Of a DNA stretch of 64,000 bases, positions 44,246-54,300 are shown piece by piece; within the stretch, counting starts at the first letter, position 1, and each line of letters starts with the position of its first letter. The stretch is from an uncultured Verrucomicrobiota bacterium (GTDB lineage Bacteria; Verrucomicrobiota; Verrucomicrobiia; Limisphaerales; CAIQOK01), in NCBI GenBank assembly GCA_903873415.1, contig CAIQOK010000067.1, forward strand, positions 13,967-77,966, in the 5' to 3' direction. The position numbers and the translations under genes were made by a program. Under the pieces are notes generated by a model. That model made no database searches. It saw nothing but the letters and a program-made list of their open reading frames with translations, and was not told the origin of the DNA.

Positions 44246-45256
44246 TTACTTTGACTCAAGAGGAACAACGGCCGGACGCAAGGCAGGTTTGTCGGAGGGC
44301 AGATCTGCGCTCGAGGGTGCAGGAAGGGTCACTTTGCCAGTGGCGGCCCACTCCGCGCCACGAGCCAGCGTTACCTGGAATCCAAGACCGTTCATCGCCT
44401 GCGGACTGTGGCCCAGTGCTGTGTGGAAAACACGTCCCTTTCCGAAACGGATTGCCATGAGCAAAGGTTCATTCTCGCGCGTCTGCGGGGAGAAGGCTGT
44501 GGCCAGAACGCTTAGATTTTCCGCCGGACCGCGCAGCCTGGCATACAACTCGTCCCCGGGATGGATCCACTTGTCAGGCAAACCACTGAGAATTGGATGC
44601 GTCGGATTTCGCGCCTCCAGCAGAATGGGGTCCTGAGATCCATGCGTCCCACCTGCACCGGGCGAATTGTCGCGAATCAGTTTGCCCTCACGCCACCGGA
44701 GCATGGGACCGGATTTCTCATTGCGCCCGCCCCAACCGCCGACCCCGATCATCTGGTTGTATTCGGGCCAATCAGGAAATGAATTGTCGGCGGCATGCAC
44801 CGAGACGAAGCCGCCGCCATCGCGGATAAACCTGACGAAAGCTTCGCGAACCTGGGTGGGCCAGGCCTCGCCGTTGTAGTTGCCAACGACCACGTCGCAA
44901 TTGTCAAACGCGGGCCGCCACTGTTTCCAAGTTTCCCCGCTGGTTTTTTGAAAACCAGCCAGGTCGCTCTTCCATTTGGCGAGGGACTGGGCATAGGCCG
45001 CCTGTTGATCCGGAGTGGGCGTCCCCTTGGGCAAACGAGGCTCGCGGGGTGCCGAAGGCGGCGTGGTAAACACCGTCACCTTGAAACGCCCGGACTCCTC
45101 CAGAATCCATTTGAGCACCGGAGTGGTGTGCTTCCAGTCATGGTTGTTCTGGCCGTCGATGATGAGAGCCCGCAAGGGCTGCGACGCCTGGGCATTCAGG
45201 CAGACAGGCGACAGGACCGCGAGGGCGAGAATGCATTTCAACGCTTTGATTTTCAT
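44246..45256 (-). CDS. Secreted ThuA-like protein
   Basis: Signal peptide (ILALAVLSPVCLNAQA), LRALIIDGQNNHDWKHTTP, GGGFVSVHAADNSF, GRVFHTALGHS. Confidence 0.85.
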   Translation of the reverse strand: MKIKALKCILALAVLSPVCLNAQASQPLRALIIDGQNNHDWKHTTPVLKWILEESGRFKVTVFTTPPSAPREPRLPKGTPTPDQQAAYAQSLAKWKSDLAGFQKTSGETWKQWRPAFDNCDVVVGNYNGEAWPTQVREAFVRFIRDGGGFVSVHAADNSFPDWPEYNQMIGVGGWGGRNEKSGPMLRWREGKLIRDNSPGAGGTHGSQDPILLEARNPTHPILSGLPDKWIHPGDELYARLRGPAENLSVLATAFSPQTRENEPLLMAIRFGKGRVFHTALGHSPQAMNGLGFQVTLARGAEWAATGKVTLPAPSSADLPSDKPALRPAVVPLESK

Positions 45257-45286
45257 GCAATCAGGAGTGGAAAAAGTATGGGCTCT

Positions 45287-46018
45287 TTAATCGGCGTGGG
45301 GATTCAAACGGCGCACCCAAACCCTGCGGAAACGCACCGGGTTGCCGTGATCCTGCAGATACAATGGACCCTTCTCCACAATGCCGCGCAGCGGCGAGGC
45401 CGTGGTGCCTTCGATCATCACGGGAATATCATCCTGAATCAGGACGCCGTTTTGCAGGACGGTGAAGGAGCCGGCCTTGATTTTCCCGTCCGCCAGCCTT
45501 TTTGGAGGGTGGAAAACTATGTCGTAGGACTGCCATTCAGCGGGCTTGCGGCAGACATTGACCAGCGGGGCGTTGTTTCCATAAAAGGCGCCGCACTGTC
45601 CGTTTGGATAGGTCTTGTTATTATAGCAGTCGAGCACCTGGATTTCGTAACGGCCCATGAGATAGACGCCGCTGTTTCCGCGCCCCTGCCCTTCGCCTTT
45701 GACCGGCAACGGCTCGGCCCACTCCACATGCACCTGGCAGTCGGCAAACTCCTCCTTCGAAAAAATCCCGCCCGGAGGCGTGCTCTCCGCAATTCCATTC
45801 ACCAGCTTCCATGTAGGTTCCGGATGCTTCTCACCCCGGAATTGCGACAGATCCTTGCCGTCAAACAGGACAACCGCATCAGCCGGAATACCTCCGGGCG
45901 GTCCGGGATCGATCACCGTCGGTTGCGGCTCTTCCGCCCGGGCACCCACGGGAGTGAGGGCCAAGAGCAGCAGGCTGAGGATGGCGAAATGGCGGAGGTT
46001 TTTTTTAGGCGTGTTCAT
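45287..46018 (-). CDS. Secreted DUF1080 (3-keto-disaccharide hydrolase family) protein
   Basis: Signal peptide, FDGKDLSQFRG, NSGVYLMGRYEIQVLD, GPLYLQDHGNPVRFRRVWVRRL. Confidence 0.85.
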   Translation of the reverse strand: MNTPKKNLRHFAILSLLLLALTPVGARAEEPQPTVIDPGPPGGIPADAVVLFDGKDLSQFRGEKHPEPTWKLVNGIAESTPPGGIFSKEEFADCQVHVEWAEPLPVKGEGQGRGNSGVYLMGRYEIQVLDCYNNKTYPNGQCGAFYGNNAPLVNVCRKPAEWQSYDIVFHPPKRLADGKIKAGSFTVLQNGVLIQDDIPVMIEGTTASPLRGIVEKGPLYLQDHGNPVRFRRVWVRRLNPHAD

Positions 46019-46045
46019 GGGACTGGGAACAAATGAGGTGTTTTG

Positions 46046-48508
46046 TTAATTCTTGGGGGCGGCCGGCAATGGCAGCTCGGCGGTAAAAGCCAACCCGGGA
46101 TCGCCGCGGCGGGCCAATGATTGGCAAAGAGTGAGCAGGCTCGGCTTCAACTTGTGGCTCGTGGTTTTACCGTTGAGTTCCAACTTCACCGGCTTGGAGA
46201 AATCAATCAACCGTTCATCCAGCAAAATGGAGGCCGATGCCGCCCCGGGTGACGCCGTGACCGTCAGTGTGTTCTCGCGGCAGTTCACGTTGAACTTCTC
46301 TCCCCGCTCCGGCTCACCGACCCTCAGCCAGAAGAAGTCATGGATCACTTTGTCGGTCATGACCCAAGTCAACTCCCGCGGCACCGGGTTGCGCACCGCG
46401 GCATACATGTCGGCTATGCTGTCCCGGTCCGGCAGCCCCGAATGGGGATGATCGGCGATGATCTGGACTGTGACCGGATAAATGTCGGTGCGGTCACCGC
46501 GCAGCTTCTGGATCTGCTGCTTGAGTTCCTGGGCGTGGATGTTGCGCCGATACGCGCTGTCGTTGCCGCCCACCATGGTGATGAAGGGGGTGTTGCGAAG
46601 GGTGTCCGGAACCGCTCCATCGGCCAGCGCCGCGGCACTGGCATGAATGGCCGCAAAATGATCAGGCATCTTCGGCCCCATCGCATAGGCACCATATCCG
46701 CCGTGGGAATACCCCATGATAAACACCTTGTCAGGATCCACATCGCCGCACAGCAGGAATTGTCTGACCAGATTAGCCATGAGCGGATAGGCATAACCGG
46801 TATAAAAACCGTTCCAAGTGTTGTCCGGAGCGCGCAGGGCCACGTAAAGATAACCGCCCGCTTCGGGATGATCACGGTAGTAAATCTGCATGTGCCTCCA
46901 CTGGCTGTCGTTGAGCTCCTGCGGTGCTCCGCCGCCCCCGTGCATGGCAACAAACAAAGCCCAACCCTTCGCCGGGCGCGTGCCCACCGTCTTCACGGTG
47001 TAAGGACTGACATGCTCCTGGAAGCGGACCTTCTTTTCCGCGAAATTCTGGCGCAGTGTGCCGTGGTTGGTTGCCGCCAGAAACCCCTCCCAAGCCGCCT
47101 GCCGGACGGCGGATTCATTCTTGCGCAACAGCTTTTCAAGAGACGAAGAAAACTTCCAGCCTGACTGCTGATTGCTGGTGGCATTGAAATAACCCAACAG
47201 AGCGGCCTTGAGCTTGGCCTCATTGGCGGGCGTCAGCGACTCGGTCACCGCAGGCGGCACATGGCAGACCTGGGCAACGGCCGGCACTTCGGGAATTCCG
47301 GTCATGAAAACGTTCAGCAGGTCTTCACCTCCGGCTCCGGTGGTGTAGAACTGGCGGCGTTTGCTTCCGTTCAACTCGGCCTCGACCACGTAGGTTCGCC
47401 GGGCGGCCAGATCAAATGAAAGATGAAAATTGATGTCCGCCGACGGATCTTTGCTGACCCCTTCAAAACGAACTGCGGGGTTTGCTGTGTCAGTCACGGT
47501 GACTTTCGCCACCACCCGCTCTCCCACGGGACGATCGAACACCTGCAGGTTGAGCTTCACCTTGCTCGCATCGGAGGTTTTGGCCTTGGACTTGGCCGCA
47601 TACCGCTCGGTCACGTTGACCGCGGCGACGTATTCCACCCCGCGTGCCCAGGACAGCGGAAAGCTAAGCCCGGTCTTCTGAAAGCTGCTGGCATAGATCG
47701 CGTGCTCAGGCGAGTCCTTGACGGCTTGAGAGGCGTTGCCCACAAACCAGCCCCTATCAAATCCTTTGGGATCGGCCTCCGCCGCGCCGGTGAAATGCCA
47801 CACGCCGTCCCAGATCTCCACCCATGTGTGATTGCCGCTGTTGTTGACCCAGAGCGGCGTGCCGGCGATGCGAGCCGGGACACCCACCGACCGGCAGGCG
47901 TCCACCAGTAGTATGGACAGGCCCGTGCATGTCGCCACCCCGGTGTCCATCGTTTCAAACGGACCCTGATCCGGGATCCGTCGTTTGCGGGAATATTTCA
48001 CATTGAGTTGGCGGAAGAGCTTTTGGTTGATGGCTTGGGCCGCCTCGGAGGTGGTCTTGCAATCCTTGACCAGCGGCAGGCAGAGGTCGTGAAGACGCTG
48101 GCGCCAGTTGTCCCGCTGCTCGTTCACACTGGCGTAAGGCAGCACATCGTTCAAGAAAACCTCTTCAGGAACCGACTTGGCCCAAGGCAATGCCGCGGCA
48201 ACCTCGTAGGCCAACGCCGTGTTGTGCCGGAGAAAAGCCGCGGAGAGCGATTCCAGATCGCACTGCGGCATGTTTTCCACCAGGAATTTCATGCCGGCGC
48301 GCTGGCTGGAGGGAGTCTGCTCCAGTGCCGCCACCAGCTCCGCCCGGTTGGTTCCTGCCTGATTCAGGATTTTTTCAATCCCGCCACCCCACCATGGCGC
48401 AGGGGATGCGGCATGGACTATGCCGACCGTAAGGAAAAAGGAGCAGAGAACCACCGAAGCCGATCGGCCCGCCAACTCCGCCAACCCGGAACATATTGTT
48501 TTCTTCAT
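46046..48508 (-). CDS. Secreted fusion protein: transglutaminase-like cysteine protease core + beta-sandwich + alpha/beta-hydrolase
   Basis: MKKTIC... signal. TGVATCTGLSILLVDACRSVGVPAR...GNHTWVEIW (Cys/His of a transglutaminase core). C-terminal VAMHGGGG...FIMGYSHGGYGA (GxSxG nucleophile elbow). ATG at 48508, with GTG 48532 as an alternative. Confidence 0.8.
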   Translation of the reverse strand: MKKTICSGLAELAGRSASVVLCSFFLTVGIVHAASPAPWWGGGIEKILNQAGTNRAELVAALEQTPSSQRAGMKFLVENMPQCDLESLSAAFLRHNTALAYEVAAALPWAKSVPEEVFLNDVLPYASVNEQRDNWRQRLHDLCLPLVKDCKTTSEAAQAINQKLFRQLNVKYSRKRRIPDQGPFETMDTGVATCTGLSILLVDACRSVGVPARIAGTPLWVNNSGNHTWVEIWDGVWHFTGAAEADPKGFDRGWFVGNASQAVKDSPEHAIYASSFQKTGLSFPLSWARGVEYVAAVNVTERYAAKSKAKTSDASKVKLNLQVFDRPVGERVVAKVTVTDTANPAVRFEGVSKDPSADINFHLSFDLAARRTYVVEAELNGSKRRQFYTTGAGGEDLLNVFMTGIPEVPAVAQVCHVPPAVTESLTPANEAKLKAALLGYFNATSNQQSGWKFSSSLEKLLRKNESAVRQAAWEGFLAATNHGTLRQNFAEKKVRFQEHVSPYTVKTVGTRPAKGWALFVAMHGGGGAPQELNDSQWRHMQIYYRDHPEAGGYLYVALRAPDNTWNGFYTGYAYPLMANLVRQFLLCGDVDPDKVFIMGYSHGGYGAYAMGPKMPDHFAAIHASAAALADGAVPDTLRNTPFITMVGGNDSAYRRNIHAQELKQQIQKLRGDRTDIYPVTVQIIADHPHSGLPDRDSIADMYAAVRNPVPRELTWVMTDKVIHDFFWLRVGEPERGEKFNVNCRENTLTVTASPGAASASILLDERLIDFSKPVKLELNGKTTSHKLKPSLLTLCQSLARRGDPGLAFTAELPLPAAPKN

Positions 48509-49014
48509 ATTGCTAACATCCAAAAACTCCACAAATAAAACGATCCTTCTACCAACGACCTATGAAACGCAAGATTCAATTGTCAGACAATCCCGGCAGT
48601 ATTGTCATGTGGCCAAATGAGTGAAAAGGCTGGGTTTTAAGAAACGCCAAACGCCCTGATCCGCCAATTCCAAGCTGCGGCACATTCCACCGGATTTTTT
48701 CAGTGGCATCCGCAGTTGGTCAGACATCAAACGCGCCATCAGCCCCCCGAAACCCACTGAAAACTGATCAGGGGAAGAGCGTAGCAGAATCATTGCGGCT
48801 TTACGGTAGCGACCCGGCCATTGACTCTTACTAATCCGATCGGGAAGCGCTTCTCATGCTTGAGCCGTGCCGTGCGCACATGGAATTGATCATTGCAAAC
48901 ACACGCTATTGACTCCCAAACGCGGTGCCGGCAGTGTTGCTCTTTAATGATTCATTCGCCAAACCCACCTGCGAGTCCTCGGGTAACTGAGGGCTTAAAA
49001 CAAATTCTTACAAG

Positions 49015-49659
49015 TTGAAAAACGGAACACGCTGGGTGGTTATTGATACGGAGACGGATGGCCTGTGCGCTCCGATCCATGTGTTGGAATTGTGCGGCCA
49101 ATTAATGGAAGGCTGGCAACCCCTCGGACAACCCTTCCGCATGCTCCTCAACCACAACGTACACATCCCCCACGACGCGGTGGCTGTGCACGGCTACGAC
49201 CGTGCTTACCTGCGGCAGCACGGCCAGGATCCCCGTCTGGTCCACAACGCTTTTCGTCAATACGCCCAAAACCATCCCTTGGTCGCCCATAATCTCAGCT
49301 ACGATTGGGACCGCTGCCTCAAACCCGAATGGGCCAGACTCGGAATCCCTGCGGCCGGACAGCGCGGCTTTTGCAGCATGATGCTCGCCCGCCGTCTCGT
49401 CCCCGAAGCACGTAGTTACCGTCTCGATCATCTCAAATCCCTTTTCCGCCTGACCGAGAGCCGCAGCCATCAGGCTCAGGCCGATGTCTTCACCGTTGTG
49501 GAGCTGTTTCAAAAAATCTACAAGTCCCGCCTTGAATCCGCCGGACTGAGCAGCTTTGATTCAGTCAGATCCTTCTCCACTCGCACCCCCCTCTCCAGAT
49601 GCCATGGCATCATCCGCGGCGAAACAAAACCATCTACCAAGCCAGGCTTGTTGAATTGA
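49015..49659 (+). CDS. DEDD-type 3'-5' exonuclease (DnaQ-like)
   Basis: RWVVIDTETDGL (ExoI), VAHNLSYDW (ExoII), HQAQADVF (ExoIII). The only in-frame start is TTG 49015, so the start is uncertain. Confidence 0.75.
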   Translation: MKNGTRWVVIDTETDGLCAPIHVLELCGQLMEGWQPLGQPFRMLLNHNVHIPHDAVAVHGYDRAYLRQHGQDPRLVHNAFRQYAQNHPLVAHNLSYDWDRCLKPEWARLGIPAAGQRGFCSMMLARRLVPEARSYRLDHLKSLFRLTESRSHQAQADVFTVVELFQKIYKSRLESAGLSSFDSVRSFSTRTPLSRCHGIIRGETKPSTKPGLLN

Positions 49660-49839
49660 TCCTTCATGCCTTTGCGAACAACACCTGATTAAGCTCCGCC
49701 CTGACGATTTATCCAATGCTCCCAATCCACCCGCAGCGCTGGGCTATAGGGACCGTTCACCGTCTGCCAGCCCCGGCATCGCGGCAGACAGCAGGCTGCG
49801 TTTTAGACAGCCCGCCGGAGGATGCAAAACGATTCTCCA

Positions 49840-51252
49840 TCACCGCCGGTCAGCAGCCCAGGCAGCCATATAACGTTCGCGAAACCCGGCCCGTTCTGCG
49901 GCGCTCGTCAGGCAACGGTCCCAATCCAGTTTGGGCCGAACCCCGATTTTCGGCGTGGTCCATTTCCCCCCCCGATAACACCGTTCCAGCCGTTCAAATT
50001 CCCGGCCCCAGGCCTTGACCTCCTCCCCCACGGTGAGCAGGCCCGTCAACTGGCTCACATCACCGGACTGGGGGTGATCATGCAGGCCCCAGTTGATCCA
50101 ACCGCAGGCCAGGCCCGCGGTGGATTCCACCAGCTGCCGGCACCATTGCGCCTGTTGCGTCTGGGTGGCAGGGGCGAAATTGCCGAAAGTCAGCCTGCCT
50201 CCGCCATACCAACCGAATTCTGCCAGCACCACCGGTTTGCCGGGACGCGCCACCTCGCGCACCACCCCTTCCAGATAGGCGAGATTCCGCTCATCATCAC
50301 CCGGTCCATATTGATAGAAGCCATTGGCGAAGGGATAAAAATGAATTTCCAGAAAGTCGACCCAGCGTGCGACCTGTTCAGGACGAAACCCCGAATACTG
50401 CCATCCCGCAGCCAATTGCCAGGGAATGGACCATTGGATCAAACCCACGGTCGCCAGAGCCTGCGGGTCGGCGGCCTTGATGGCGACGGCTTGGCGCCGG
50501 GTCCAGTCCGCGGCAATCTGCTCGCGGAAATGCTGGAAATCGAGCAACGGCGCGCTGCCCGGTTGATCCTCCCGGGGCGGAATAGGAATGCGCCCCCACA
50601 GCGGCCCTTGATTGGTCAGGCCCCAAGCAGCGGCAAGCCTGCCCGCCTCGACATAGTGCTGTTCAAGCCAGAGGTTCCATTTCAGCCGCATTGGCCCAGT
50701 GTCCCAGCGGATCTCCGGCTCGTTGACCAGATCGTAAGCGAAAATAACCGATCGCCCCCGGTAACGCGCGGCGAACTGGCGCCAAAACTCCTCCGCGCTG
50801 CGCAGAACCACCTCGTCGGCATAGCGATCTTCTTTAGCCCAGTCTGGCAAACCTTCCCAGTGATCCGGCCCGGTGGGATGAACATAGATTCCAGACTCTT
50901 CCGCGATATCAAGAAACCGGTCGAACTTGGCCAGGCCCTCGGAGGAGAGGCGGTTGGTTTCCATTTGAAAGGAACCGTAACTCAGGAAGACCCGGACACA
51001 ATTCACCCCCAATTCCTTCATCCGGTTGAAATCGCGGCGGGTCGCCTCAGGATCGAACTGTTTCCATACCTGCGGCGCCCAGCCCGTGCCGGGCTGGTAA
51101 TAGCTCACGCCAAAGGGAACGAAGGGCTTGCCGCGCGCAGTGACAAAACCGCGCCCATCAGCCGAGAGACGGACCCGGGGAAGCGGCGCGGCTGCAATGG
51201 GCAGGAGAGTGGAAACCAGCAGGACCATCAAGGCCAGACTTCGTATATTCAT
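49840..51252 (-). CDS. Secreted clan GH-A glycoside hydrolase (GH5-like)
   Basis: Signal peptide MNIRSLALMVLLVSTLLPIAAA. GVNCVRVF, acid/base motif LVNEPE, nucleophile motif VVLAEFGW. ATG at 51252. Confidence 0.8.
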   Translation of the reverse strand: MNIRSLALMVLLVSTLLPIAAAPLPRVRLSADGRGFVTARGKPFVPFGVSYYQPGTGWAPQVWKQFDPEATRRDFNRMKELGVNCVRVFLSYGSFQMETNRLSSEGLAKFDRFLDIAEESGIYVHPTGPDHWEGLPDWAKEDRYADEVVLRSAEEFWRQFAARYRGRSVIFAYDLVNEPEIRWDTGPMRLKWNLWLEQHYVEAGRLAAAWGLTNQGPLWGRIPIPPREDQPGSAPLLDFQHFREQIAADWTRRQAVAIKAADPQALATVGLIQWSIPWQLAAGWQYSGFRPEQVARWVDFLEIHFYPFANGFYQYGPGDDERNLAYLEGVVREVARPGKPVVLAEFGWYGGGRLTFGNFAPATQTQQAQWCRQLVESTAGLACGWINWGLHDHPQSGDVSQLTGLLTVGEEVKAWGREFERLERCYRGGKWTTPKIGVRPKLDWDRCLTSAAERAGFRERYMAAWAADRR

Positions 51253-51343
51253 TTGAGTGCAAACAAGAAGGAAAAACCTCACGGACTTCACCCCTGCATT
51301 GGAGCAGCGCTCCGCGGCACCAATCCCGGCCAAACCCGATTTG

Positions 51344-54300
51344 TCACTCCTTATCCAAACAATTCCGGATGGTGGAGGCCAGTTCGGAGATTTGATAGGG
51401 TTTGGGGATAAAGTTGACGCCCCGGTGCAGCGGAAAATCCGCTCCGGCAACCTCGGCGCTGTAACCGCTGGAATAGATGACTTTCAAGTTTGGCTCCTGG
51501 CTCTGGAGATTGGCAGCCAGCTCCCGGCCGTTCATTCCATCGGGCAATACCATGTCCGTGAGAAGAAGCCGGATAGCTGCCCGGTTCTGGCTCCAAAGCT
51601 GCAGGGCACTGCTCCCGTTCGCAGCCTCGATAATGCGATATCCAAGAAAACTCAGGGTGCTCCGGACCACCAGCCGCAAGCTGGAATCATCCTCAACCAG
51701 TAGGATGGTCTCACTCCCTCCGCGCATCGGCGGACTGGGCTGCAAAGCGAATTGGGAGGGGACCGGGTGGGTGAGCAGAGGAAGGTAGATTCGAAACTGG
51801 CTACCGCAGCCCGGAGTGCTGGAAACATCAATCCAGCCCTGGTGCTGCTGGATAATGCCGAAGACCGTGGCCAGTCCCAAGCCGGTGCCTTTGCCTACAT
51901 CCTTGGTGGTAAAAAACGGCTCGAATATCCGGGGCAGCACTTCGGGATCAATCCCGCATCCGCTATCGCTCACCGTCAGACAGGCAAATGGACCGGAGCG
52001 GCTCAGGGTCGATTGAGCCTCCGCCGCCGGGGGGAACTCCACGCGCGTGGTGGTGATGGTCAATTGCCCCCCTTTAGGCATGGCATCGCGGGCATTCAAG
52101 GTCAGATTCATCAGCACCTGGTCTAGCATCCCTGAATCCGCATGAACAAACAGGGGCTGGGAATGGCATTGAGTAACCATCTGAACATTCTCGCCCAGCA
52201 TCCGGTGAAGCATCTTGGTGATATGAGCGACAATCCCGTTCAAATCCAAGTCGCGCAACTGGAGGTTTTGCCGGCGGCTGAAGGTGAGCAGCTGCTGGGT
52301 GAGATTGGCGGCCCGTTGCGCGGCCCGTTCAATCTCGGCGGCAAGCTCCATCTGCGCGGGAGGCAGGCCGCAGCTGGATAGCAGCAGGCCGGCCTGAAGC
52401 TGAATCACGGCCAGGATGTTGTTGAAGTCATGGGCCACGCCCCCGGCCAGTTGCCCCACAACCTCCATTTTCTGGGACTGACGAAATTGCTCCTCCAGCT
52501 TGAGGCGCTCGGTCACGTCCTCCGCCGTGCCCACGATTCGCTGCAATTCCCCGGCCTCGTTGCGAACCGGAAATGCGCGGTCATGAATCCAGAGCAGCTC
52601 ACCATCGGGCCGGATAATCCGGTAGGTTTCATCGTAGCTCCCGTCGGCCTGCTTGGTCTCGGCGGCCCGCCGCACAAACTCCCTATCCTCCGGATGCACC
52701 GCCTCCAGCCACGAGCGGGGGGCCGCATAAAGGCTGGCACACGATCGCCCCCAAATGGCTTCAAAAGCAGGGCTGATGTAGAGCATTCGTTGCTTGCCGG
52801 GATCGGTGACCCAGAACACCTCGCGAATACTCTCGGCCAGTTCACGGAAGCGCGCCTCGCTTTGGCGCAAGACCTCCTCGGCCTGCTTCCGGGCGGTGAT
52901 ATCACGCACGATTATCGACACGCCAATCATGCAGCCAGCGGAGTCTTTGATGGAGGAGATCGTCGCCGCCACGTTAATGCAAGTCCCGTCCTTTCGGATC
53001 CGGAGGGTTTCAAACTGGCTGATCCGTTCGCCGGCCTGAATCCGCCGGATAATTTCATCCTCCTCACCGATGCGATCGGGGGGAAAGATTCCCACAAGGG
53101 ACCTGCCGAGCATCTCCTGCTCCGAGTATCCAAAGACCCGCTGGGCCGCGGCATTCCAGCTGGTCACCAATCCCTGGGGCGTCTTGCTGATGATGGCGTC
53201 TTCCGATGAATCGATCAGGGCGCAAGAGCGGGTCAACTCCAGTTCCGTCTGCTTGCGCCCGGTGATATCCCGGATGATTCCGACATAGTGAGTGACCTGG
53301 CCATCCTTATCCCGCAGCGGGGCGATCATCAGGTCATTCCAAAACGGGGTTCCGCTCTTGTGGTAATTGAGGATTTCACCGGAAAAGATCTGCTCGCTCT
53401 TGAAGGCCGCACGTATCCTGGCCACAAGCTGTGGATCCGTGCCGGGCCCCTGAAGAAAATCACAATTCCGACCAATCGCATCCTCCTCAAAATAGCCCGT
53501 GATGGCGGTGAAGGCGCTATTGACCGAAATGATCTTCCGGTCGGCGCCTGCGATCACCACTCCTTGGGAGATGGCTTTAAGGGCGCTGTCGCTGAGCCTC
53601 AGGGCCTGCTCCGCCTGCTTGCGCTCGGTCAGATCCATGTTGGCCCCCACCACGCGGACCGCCCGGCCCTCAGGATCCCGAACCACCCAACCCCGTGCCA
53701 GGATGGGCACATAATGGCCGGCGCGGTGACGCATCCGGGCCTCAAACTCATAGTTGCAACCCTGCCCGGCCAGGACCGAGGATACATACTGCTCAATCCG
53801 CACCGCATCTTCCGGATGGAGAAGCTCCAGCCACAACTGGGGGCCTGCCTTCAGTGCATAGGGTTCGTAGCCAAGCATCTGAAACCAGCGTGCTGAATAA
53901 TAAGCTTCGTTCCGGATCAAATCCCGGTCCCACACCCCGTCGCGCGAACCTTCAAGCACCAGGCGCAGCCGCTCCTCGGACTGCTGCAGTTTTAATTCCG
54001 TCTGGTGTTTGTAAAAGGCCATCTCCAGCACGGTGCGCAGCTCCCGTTCGGAAAAGGGCTTGATGATGTAGCCAAAAGGCTTGGCCAGCTTGGCCAGGGC
54101 CAGCGTGTCATCGTTGGCAAACGCCGTCAGAAAAATGACCGGCAGGGAAAACCGCTCCCGGATAATCTGAGCGGCGGTGATGCCGTTCATCGGGCCCGCC
54201 AGCTGAATGTCCATTAAGACCAGATCGGGCTTGAGTTCCGCCACAAGGTCCAGAGCCTTTTCCCCTTGAGTGGCATGCCCGGCCACTGCGTAATCCAGAT

